From Bugula neritina (lineage: Eukaryota; Animalia; Bryozoa), in NCBI GenBank assembly GCA_964035545.1, contig OZ037766.1:186001-250000 (forward strand): 64,000 nt of DNA, in the 5' to 3' direction. Positions 39,001-49,272 of this stretch are shown in pieces (position 1 is the stretch's first letter; every line of letters starts with the position of its first letter). The notes beneath the pieces are model-generated. The model ran no database searches. It was not told where the DNA came from and was given only the letters and a program-made list of their open reading frames with translations. Position numbers and translations under genes: made by a program.

Positions 39001-40344
39001 TGATTCTACTGAGCTGGAGAATCCTTTGAGGGGTGTTCACTTAGTTGTATATATCTGGTGTGAGGCAGTCGTAGTTGTTAATAAACGTTAATAAAAGTGA
39101 CTGGAGTTTAAATGATTAAATGATGCATCTGTTTCACATCATGATATAAAGTATACTTCCAGTAAGCTATATAACTTTTCCAGTCATTGCTGTTGCACTG
39201 CTTCAATTTCTCTACAATGTCCCTGATTACTAAACAGTGGGCTGTCCCTAAACTAAACAGTGGGTTGTCCCTAAACTAAACAGTGGGCTGTCCCTAAATT
39301 AAACTGTGGGTTGTCCCTAAACTAAACAGTGGGCTGTGCCTAAACTAAAATGTGGGCTGTCCCTAAACTAAACAGTGGGCTGTCCCTAAACTAAACAGTG
39401 GGCTGTCCCTAAACTAAACAGTGGGCTGTGCCTATGTTGGCTGCAAGTCAATGCAACTCATAAGCTGATAATTTTATAATGAGGAAATAAATTTCCTGGC
39501 AGTTTCAGCTGCCACAGTTTTGGCATCAAAACTCACAGCTGATTGTTTAAACATCTCCGCTTCAACTCATCTCTACAGACATTTCATTGTTCTCCATACA
39601 TACAGTGGCTGGTGTAGCACTAGTTTATACTCACCCTCACACGTTAGCTGGCCGTAGTGTTTACCACTGGATTTATCCCCACATACTACACACGGAACTA
39701 GGGCTATCCCGTCTGTGGCTGTAGATCCTACTTTAGCTTCTGAGTCATCTTCTTCTAGGGGGGTGATGGCATTCTCTCCAACATTACACGGTATCGTCTG
39801 CAACACGGCAATAGCTTATGTCATCTGTTTTGTTTATATTTAATTACTAGTGCTGCGTCCATATAGTTTAATACAGTATTGCTGTACAATAGCCTGGTTA
39901 TCGTTGACAGACTTTGACTACCTATTTCCCTATAAAACAGGGCATGCATTAGTGACTCACACTGTAACTTACCTTTTCTACAGACTGCTAACTTACGCCG
40001 TAACTTACTTCTTCTCCTGAATGCTGACTCATATTGTACAGGGGGGCTGTCCGTGATTCACCGTTTTCTAATTGACAGTTTGGTCGAATGATGTCATTGG
40101 TCTCTTCTTTATTAGGTTTAGAGGTAATGGAGAAGTCTACTGCCGATAGGTGGTACAGAGTCTTAGCTGCTGTCGTGTCTTCACTCGTCATATCACTATT
40201 GGCAGCCCACAAGTGGTCAGTCTTACGCTCTTCACCCGAGGTGATGGACACAGAAGGCAACTCCCATTGGTCGTCCCCAGAACCTCCAACACAAAGTTCT
40301 GCAGACGTGTGAGGTGCAGACGTGTGTGTCACAGGTGATGTCAT
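36092..40344 (-). CDS. NR2F: COUP-TF/seven-up family nuclear receptor (NR2F)
   Basis: Exons 40009-40344, 39635-39797, 38428-38577, 37455-37627, 37077-37342, 36822-36952, 36092-36399. [66 protein letters not shown], hinge [34 protein letters not shown]-2 [23 protein letters not shown]. Confidence 0.93.
36535..36821. repeat. 24-bp minisatellite starting at an NR2F donor
   Basis: Unit CAGACAAGAGTTTACTACCGTACA. Confidence 0.95.
37667..37956. repeat. 41-bp minisatellite, 7 copies
   Basis: Unit TTTGAGAACTACTGTCTTCTCATTGGTCTACTTAGTTAGAG. Confidence 0.95.
38143..38414. repeat. 28-bp minisatellite near a donor
   Basis: Unit ATCACTCAGTATGAGTACTATGAGTAAT. Confidence 0.95.
38646..38856. repeat. 10-bp repeat
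   Basis: Unit CATCAATACT. Confidence 0.9.
39229..39433. repeat. 23-bp minisatellite
   Basis: Unit ACTAAACAGTGGGCTGTCCCTAA. Confidence 0.9.
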
Positions 40345-40681
40345 CTGTTAGAATAGTGAACAGACAACTAAATGAGGTGATAGAAGCAAGACATTAGAAC
40401 CCAAACACTGCCCTGTGGCAGCATAAAACTAAGTCTTTCTATCAACAGAGGAGATAGCTTCTACTAAAGATAAACACATCAGGCTCTTTACATGTCACTA
40501 AACCATTTCTCTCTAAATAAAATCGGTTGCACAGTATTTGATTTGTGTGCGAATTCTCTGCTGGTAGTGTTTTTAACATGAAAATTTTTATGTTTTTTGA
40601 AGGTTGAAAACCTCAAATGAGTTTGAAATATATATGAGACACCCTTTAAATCTACAAGTTTCAAACTGGGCAATAGCTATA

Positions 40682-40816
40682 AGTGTTACAATGAATTCAA
40701 CACATACAGTGTGTTACAATGAATTCAACGCATACAGTGAGTTACAGTGAATTCAACACATACAGTGTGTTACAGTGAATTCAACACATACAGTGTGTTG
40801 AGTGAATTCAACACAT
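40682..40816. repeat. 28-bp minisatellite
   Basis: Unit GTGTTACAGTGAATTCAACACATACAGT. Confidence 0.9.
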
Positions 40817-42331
40817 GCATTGTGTCACACTTGTTGATTCTAAAAGCAGTCCGATGGGCAGAACTACATACGTTTAGGTGCAATATGTGGAGAAATTTTA
40901 TTAGCCTAAGTTTTCTACTTTTCTTAATAAGTTTTTGCTCAGTTGAAGTTCTCAGAGAACATAACTTCTAATCTAAAAGACAGGTTTTTCTCCCGTCCTC
41001 CATTACTGCAGCTGCATCCTGTTTGGGATTACCCAGAACTCAAAGAGTTCTCTTGGCTAACACGTAATAGAGGAGCTTTCAAACTATGTTATGGCATACG
41101 GAACTAGCAAGGTCAGGGACATGATTAAACTCCGGAAGTTGTATCCAGATTATCTGGGAGACTCCGTCTACTTGGGAATCCAATGACTCATCACCCAATA
41201 TTCATACCTACAGACTTCTCAAAGCTGGTAGTGACTGGTAGCTGATATTATTGATTATTGATATTGATACTATTCAGCGGTAAAACTAACTGAGTTGTAG
41301 CAAAAATCCGAAGATTTCTTATTTTAGCCTATTTCCAAATTAATTCGAAAACTTCAGCCAAATATTAGAAACTTGACTAAGCTAGAATTAACCAGCTGAT
41401 ATATTGCTACATTTGAGCATTTCTTCTGCGAATTCCTCTAAATAATAATATAGTTATACACTCTAACTATAAGTTATAAGGTAGTACTGTAATGTAGCTA
41501 TATATTATACTATAATACACTATACAGTAATACTGTAATATACAGTTACCCAAGTTACTGCCTCCCATCTCTGTAAAAGTTTCCAATTTCTAATTAAGTT
41601 GCTAAAGGCAAAACTAAGCTTTCACCTACTGCTTCCTGAGAGTTGTACTAAATGAATGACTTTGTGTCGTAAGCTGGTAGCATGAGTAGCTATTAGCTAT
41701 TAGCTTGCTCTTATCCTAGACATTATTGTGGTTAGAGCAGGAGATGTGCTGCAAGGTTCAAGGTTAGGTGAGTGAACATCAAGGCAGCGTGATAAAGGTC
41801 CTGACACGCTGACACGACATTAACCCTAATACAGAGCAAGCTGACCCACCTCTGAGTGTGGCTGACCTTGGAATATCTTGTGTACTCAAACAACAGCTGA
41901 CTAACCACAACAACCTCTCTAACACCCAGAAAGTCTGGCTAGCTGCTCCTTTCTCTGCTCCTTCACATCTGCCTGTGATTGAAGACTGAAGACTGGAACA
42001 GCTCCTAGTGCTGCCGCTGCTGAAATGACTGCAGTTTATTTTAAATATAAATGAGATATTGTCTGTTGTAAGGCAGCACTTGCCTGGATTAAGTATCTTA
42101 CACAACACTGCTGCCAAAAAAGTCCCTCTAGTTATTAGGCAACATGAGCTTTTGATTATAAGTTACATAGTCGACCTGCTGACCTTTGTGAGCTCTAGCG
42201 ACCTTTGCAGCATACAAGAGCGTATTTAATGACAGGGAAGGAATGTTCATTGTGTAATCTTGTCAAAGTTACATCAACATTCACTGACAGCCCATTCCTG
42301 CCCTGCTGTGTCGGCATCAGCTGCCAGTAGA

Positions 42332-42816
42332 CCTTCTCTACTCTCTCTTTCTCCTCTCTCTTTCCTCCCTGAGTTATATTCAGAGATATTGCTGCCTTCT
42401 CTACTCTCTCTCTCTGAGTTATATTCAGAGATATTGCTGCCTTCTCTACTCTCTCTTTCTCTCTCCTCTCTCTTTCCTCCCTGAGTTATATTCAGAGATA
42501 TTGCTGCCTTCTCTACTCTCTCTCTCTGAGTTATATTCAGAGATATTGCTGCCTTCTCTACTCTCTCTTTCTCTCTCCTCTCTCTTTCCTCCCTGAGTTA
42601 TATTCAGAGATATTGCTGCCTTCTCTACTCTCTCTCTCTGAGTTATATTCAGAGATATTGCTGCCTTCTCTACTCTCTCTCTCTCTGAGTTATATTCAGA
42701 GATATTGCTGCCTTCTCTACTCTCTCTCTCTCTGAGTTATATTCAGAGATATTGCTGCCTTCTCTACTCTCTCTCTCTCTCTGAGTTATATTCAGAGATA
42801 TTGCTGCCATCTCTAC
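42332..42816. repeat. About 45-70-bp minisatellite with variable (CT)n core, between the NR2F and TRIM 5' ends
   Basis: Unit CCTTCTCTA(CT)nGAGTTATATTCAGAGATATTGCTG. Confidence 0.95.
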
Positions 42817-43072
42817 CCTTTCCCTCCATTTTACTCTGAGTCCTGGACGCCATCATAATATTCTACTTTATATTACAATTCCTAAATACTGATCATTGTT
42901 CGAATTATATATACAACCATAATATACTTGTTTTCACCAGGTCATCATACACGTGTGACAGATAATATAATGCTATGAGATAACACTCTTCTATTAGTCA
43001 CATGACTAGCTGCTAAAATGAAACTGCCATAGGTTCCTTATCAACAGCTAACACTCTGCAGAGTTAGTTATA

Positions 43073-46000
43073 ATGGCCGCAGGAATGCCCCCTGCAGGAA
43101 GTATCACAGAAGACTACAGCTGTGGCTACTGTCTACAGAGATGGTCATACATGGTAGACCCAAGAGCTCTGCCGTGTTCTCATGTGTTCTGCTGGCCATG
43201 TATTCAAGGTGACTTTGCCAAGTGGACGGAGCTCAAGTGTGGCATATGCCAGTGAGTAGAACATTCAACTTTCTTCACCTTTTCCACTTGAGCAAGCATA
43301 GCTTGTTAAGATATTTTCACTAAGTTGTGAGAATGCTACACAAGCTATAGCTATTGCTGTCCATGCAAAGTGGTGTTGCTACTAAACACAGCTATTATGT
43401 GTGCAGACGTTCAGCTTAAATTAACTTGACTTTTGAATTTTATGATTGACTAGTATTCAAGTTTTTCTAACACCACAAACTTGACTGTAGAGTGACTCAT
43501 AGTGACAAAGATGTTAATGAGCTACCTAAAGCTAAGCTGCCAGATGTCGCTCCACCACCTGCTATCTCTGAGTATGTCTGTCAAGTCTGCAAGGAGCCTC
43601 CTGAAAATGCTGAGTCATTCTGTGTAGAGTGTGGAAAGATGCTGTGTCAGCTACACTTGGAGGTAAACTCTTACAGCACTGAGCTGCCTTGATGTTATTA
43701 GAGATTTATTCTATATCTATTTCTATTCACTGACATCAATATATTATAACACATCACACTTGCCGCCTGCCCACATCAGGGAATTTCAGAGAAAAGCATG
43801 GCTGTTGAAGCTGCAGCCACCACAATAACTGAATGGTAGTGAAAAGACTACCATTTGCTAGCATTGTGCCACCTGTTTACAGTAGTATTGTAAGGAAACA
43901 TGGATTATTTAGACTTATAGAAAGTACAAACTCTATTGTGTTGTGAATGTATCCATTTCAAAAAGCAGAGATAATACAAAGCTCTACTTCTCACATATAG
44001 GCAGCAGGCCTTTGCAGTGACTGCCATTCCAGGAGGACAAAATTTACCAACAAAAGGTTTTACTTTGATTTCTTTTGCAGCGTCACGAAGAATCTAAAAT
44101 ATTTTTCAACACTGAGCACAGACTTATCCCCCTTGATGTCTTCAGACACAACCCAAGTCTTTACAAATCTGTCAAGTGTGGTCAGCATGGAGAGCTCAAG
44201 CTGACAAGGGCTTGCACCTGCTGCTACAAGACGTTCTGTGACAGGTGTGGTGCGGACACAGAAGACTGTCTGGGAGGTGAGTTCCTTAGTATACACTACT
44301 GCAGGGTTTAGATGACTTCCCTAGACTTACTAAGAGATATGCTAAAGTAGAATCACACTATAACTGAGGGTTTGTTATATTAGACAAGAAGAGGCGCCAT
44401 GAGCTGCGTCCCATTCCGTCTTTTGTCCGGCTGTTGGAAGCTGGGCTTAGTGATCAGCTGAAAGTCTTATCAGAGAAGGTGACAGACATCAGCAAGATTG
44501 AGAAAGAGGCTTGGCAGCTGCTCAGTGATGTTGAGGACAAGGTGAAGGAAATGAGAGCTGCCGTTAGGAAGAGAAAGGAAGAAAAGGTAACATCTGTTTA
44601 GAGAACTGGTTTACTATTAGTATCTGCTATTTAGACATTGATGGTAGGCCATGTGTCCGGTTTGAGAAAATTAAACCTAATAAGCCAAGTAGCAGTTGAA
44701 AACTGCTTATTATAAGGGAATGGAGATTGTTTGCAGTGAAAGCTGACAAAGCTAACAGTTTCAATAGCACCAGAAAGTTTCTATGTCTTAACCTGTTCAG
44801 CTATGAATTGTGTATTTATCGATGTCAGCAATCCTAGAAGAGTCTGAGAAGCTAGAGGCAGAAATACAAGACTATTTGGAATCAAGTAGAAATCAAGTAG
44901 AAGATCTGTCAGCACAACTTCTAGTAAAAAAGGAAAGAATGGAGCGGCTATGGAAGTCTACGCGTCACGCAATGAAAGTCGAGGCCAACACCGAGCTCAT
45001 AGAACAGTTCGAAGATGTAAAAAGTGAGCTTGAAGCAGCCCGTAACGTCCCCATTTTGTCTTACAGTTTAAAATCTAAGGACCTCACATCTGCAGGTTAG
45101 TAGACTGAGATATATAGGTCACATTGTCTAGGTTACGGTATCTAGGTCACAGTATATCTGGGTCACATTATCTGGGTCACAGTATCTAGGTCACAGTATC
45201 TAGGTCACATTGTCTAGGTTACAGTTACTAGGTCACAGTATATCTAGATCACATTATCTGGGTCACAATATCTAGGTCACATTTACTAGGTCACAGTTAC
45301 TAGGTCATTTAGAGGTCTCATAGTGGCTGGTTTAAGCTGTTAACAAATCATAATTTTTCACTTGAGAACTTTTCACAGAAATTGAGAAGTGGTTTCCTTA
45401 ATGTCTGCTAAGAGGTCCTTACTTGCGACATGTCAAGTATCATGTCAAGTATCATGTCAAGTATCATGTCAAGTATCATGTCAAGTGTCATGTCAAGTAT
45501 CATGTCAAGTGTCATGTCAAGTATCATGTCAAGTATCATGTCAAGTATCATGTCAAGTGTCATGTCAAGTATCATGTCAAGTGTCATGTCAAGTATCATG
45601 TCAAGTATCATGTCAAGTGTCATGTCAAATGTCATGTCAAGTATCATGTCAAGTATCATGTCAAGTATCATGTCAAGTACCATGTCAAGTGTCATGTCAA
45701 GTATCATGTCAAGTGTCATGTCAAGTATCATGTCAAGTATCATGTCAAGTATCATGTCAAGTACCATGTCAAATGTCATGTCAAGTGTCATGTCAAGTAT
45801 CATGTCAAGTGTCATGTCAAGTATCATGTCAAGTATCATGTCAAGTGTCATGTCAAGTATCATGTCAAGTATCATGTCAAGTGTCATGTCAAGTATCATG
45901 TCAAGTGTTATGTCACTTCTAGCAACTTGTTTAGAATTTCATGTCTAGTGAAACAGATAATAGGAAAGTCAATATTCCAACTACAATGTAAGTTGACTAG

Positions 46001-48341
46001 TAGGTATGTTGTTACTGCTGTACAGATTTGGTGGATCAGTTGTTTCTCTCTTCAGTTCACCTACCAGCTAATAATGGAGAAATTGGGCTCAGTCTCACAG
46101 ATCTTCCAAAAAATATTTGCTTACAAGATGTGAAAACTCAAGAAGGTACAAAGATTTATGCTGCAAGAATTACAGAAGATGGTAAACTCCTTTGTGGGTC
46201 AAACAGGGGACCTCAGATAAGAGATTTGGTCTCTCTGGACATACTCAACTCTGTGGCTACCAAAGACATCCTATACTGTGATGACATAATCCAAACTGCT
46301 GACAGATATTTAATTGTTCTCAGGTTTGAGAATAAAAACGGATACACTGTCCAACTTTCTGAAACAGCTACAAAGAGCTTAAAAATAAAAAGCCAACTAA
46401 TAGAAAAACAGCAAAAATCGATACTTTTGTGGCAACTTGCGGAAAATGGAGCTGATATTTATATCGTTGATCAAGAGAACAGAAAGATTTTAGTCTTTTC
46501 TTTAATTTCTCGTAGTGTAACTGCTGAAATTGACCTTGAAGATATTGAAGGTCATGCACCAGCTTCAATAAGTGTCCTTCCAGACTCAAGTATTCTCATT
46601 GGTTACTTCAACGAGAAGTTAGTGCGATACAAGCTAAACCAGGACAAGTTGGAGGAGGTGTGGACCTACCCCATACCAGTAGTAGCCACAACCTATGATC
46701 CTAAGTCTAGGCTGATTTATGCTGCCAGTGAACAAAGTGGACTATTCCTTATTTCTTCTGAAGGTAAAGTGGAATAGAAGCTCTTAGAATAGAGATCACA
46801 ATTGGATTTACTTTTCTACATTACTACATTGATACGTAATTATTACATTACTACATTGATACGTAATTATTACATTACTACATTGATACGTAATTATTAC
46901 ATTACTACATTGATACGTAATTATTACATTACTACATTGATACGTAATTATTACATTACTACATTGATACGTAATTATTACATTACTACATTGATACGTA
47001 ATTATTACATTACTACATTGATACGTAATTATTACATTACTACATTGATACGTAATTATTACATTACTACATTGATACGTAATTATTACATTACTACATT
47101 GATACGTAATTATTACATTACTACATTGATACGTAATTATTACATTACTACATTGATACGTAATTATTACATTACTACATTGATACGTAATTATTACATT
47201 ACTACATTGATACGTAATTATTACATTACTACATTGATACGTAATTATTACATTACTACATTGATACGTAATTATTACATTACTACATTGATACGTAATT
47301 ATTACATTACTACATTGATACGTAATTATTACATTACTACATTGATACGTAATTATTACATTACTACATTGATACGTAATTATTACATTACTACATTGAT
47401 ACGTAATTATTACATTACTACATTGATACGTAATTATTACATTACTACATTGATACGTAATTATTACATTACTACATTGATACGTAATTATTACATTACT
47501 ACATTGATACGTAATTATTACATTACTACATTGATACATAATTATTACATTACTACATTGATACGTAATTATTACATTACTACATTGATACATAATTATT
47601 ACATTACTACATTGATATGCTAAGACATTACATGTAGCTATGAATTTATATGTGTAGTTGATAAAGCAGCTGCATGCATGATAAAACTAACCTCTAAAAT
47701 AGTAAAACAAACCTAAGTTGTCCTGTCTAATGCCATGAGTTCCAGTTTATCTTTTCAAGTATTGTATAATAGTACTTGGTATATTATAGTACTTGGTATA
47801 TTATAGCACTTGATATATTATAGTACTTGGTATATAATAGTACTTGGTATATAATAGTACTTGATATATTATAGTACTTGGTATATTACAGTACTTGATA
47901 TATTACAGTACTTGATATATTATAGTACTTGGTATATAATAGTACTTGGTATATAATAGTACTTGATATATTATAGTACTTGGTATATTATAGTACTTGA
48001 TATATTACAGTACTTGGTATATTATAGTACTTGGTATATTATAGTACTTGATATATTATAGTACTTGATATATTATAGTACTTGGTATATTATAGTACTT
48101 GGTATATTATAGTACTTGGTATATTATAGTACTTGGTATATTATAGTACTTGATATATTATAGTACTTGGTATATTATAGTACTTTGGGTACTTTATTTG
48201 TGTTTAGGCCTTCCACTGAAGCAACTCTCCTGCTCAGACTTGGGGAAAACAGAAAACATTTACGATATTGACATCTCAGTATATGAGCTGATCGTTGCTT
48301 GTAAAGAAGAGGGAATTAAACAGTTTATCCTTGACTACTGA
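43073..48341 (+). CDS. TRIM-like E3 ligase: RING (C3HC4), two B-boxes, coiled coil, C-terminal NHL-like beta-propeller
   Basis: Exons 43073-43251, 43491-43662, 44081-44276, 44384-44586, 44822-45095 (non-AG acceptor, see findings), 46026-46763, 48208-48341. RING CGYC..PCSHVFCWPC..CGIC; B-box CQVC..FCVECGKMLCQLH; propeller-type segments IYIVDQENRKILVF and TYDPKSRLIYA. Confidence 0.85.
45112..45307. repeat. 14-bp minisatellite of RGGTCA units
   Basis: Unit TCTAGGTCACAGTA, 14 copies. Confidence 0.9.
45429..45914. repeat. 12-bp minisatellite, about 40 copies
   Basis: Unit CATGTCAAGTAT / CATGTCAAGTGT. Confidence 0.97.
46817..47617. repeat. 27-bp near-perfect minisatellite, about 30 copies
   Basis: Unit TACATTACTACATTGATACGTAATTAT. 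Confidence 0.98.
47765..48185. repeat. 17-bp minisatellite ending near an acceptor
   Basis: Unit TATTATAGTACTTGGTA. Confidence 0.95.
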
Positions 48342-48785
48342 CTGCATAACTATATAAGACACCTGTACTGACATTTAGACTGATACCTGTACTGACACCT
48401 AGTTAGACAGATTTTAAATACTTGCTAGTGACCCAAAGAATATTTTATCATCTGGAGGAAATCACAGGGAAGACTGATGCATTCTGGGGGACACTCACAC
48501 TGATTGCTCATTCTCGTATATATTATACATAATTCATTCTGATGTCATTATGCTTGGCTATGCAAACTTAAATAATTAGCCTCCTTTAGTAAACTTCTAA
48601 AAAACTCATACTTAGTGGCTACTTTTTTACAACCAGAACTTGTATTTCTATTTTAAGCATGAATTTTTTATCTTACTTCCTTTCCTTTTGATAAGTAATT
48701 TGATTTATAAAGCCTATGAAGAATTGTTAAATTTTTGATACTTTGATTTTTAATAGATTTAGCATCTCCATCCGTAGTCACTGTC

Positions 48786-49140
48786 ACTAGTACTACTAGT
48801 ACTACTGCCACTAGTACTACTAGTACTACTGCCACTAATACTACTAGTACTACTACTATTTAACTACTACTAATAGTACAATAGCTACCACCACCACCAC
48901 CACCATTACTAGTACTACTGCTGCTGCTACTACTACCACCACTACTACTACTACTACCACTACCAGTACTACTAATACTACTACTACCACTACTACTACC
49001 ACTGCTATTACCACTGCTACTACTACTAGTACTACTACTACTACTAGTACTACTACTACTACCACTACTACTACCACTGCTATTACCACTGCTACTACTA
49101 CTACTACTACTACTACTAGTGCTACTACTACTACTACTTC
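48786..49140. repeat. (ACT/ACC)n degenerate trinucleotide repeat
   Basis: Direct reading. Confidence 0.9.
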
Positions 49141-49272
49141 CACCACGTCTACCCACAAGATTAAACCAGAGCTAATAAATTTCCATAATTTATTAGTTTG
49201 AATTTCAACACAGCACCATCAGTGTCAACAAAACTATACAATAAAGTGTGTTTAAGTCATTCAATAAATACT

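Noticed and set aside
40500-40650. Tc1/mariner-like end (TGAGACACCCTTTA); similarly TACAGTCGAC near 56545
   Set aside because: Only one end visible; no partner TIR or transposase.
41779-42117. 112-aa ORF upstream of NR2F
   Set aside because: Non-ATG start and no recognisable homology; more likely 5' UTR or promoter.
44801-44806. In-frame TGA as selenocysteine in the TRIM gene
   Set aside because: Paralog alignment places the exon start at 44822; no SECIS identified.
45389-47623. Repeat ORFs (QVSC)n, (YHVK)n, (YYITTLIRN)n
   Set aside because: Period is a multiple of 3 and several frames are open; the flanking TRIM exons join in phase without them.
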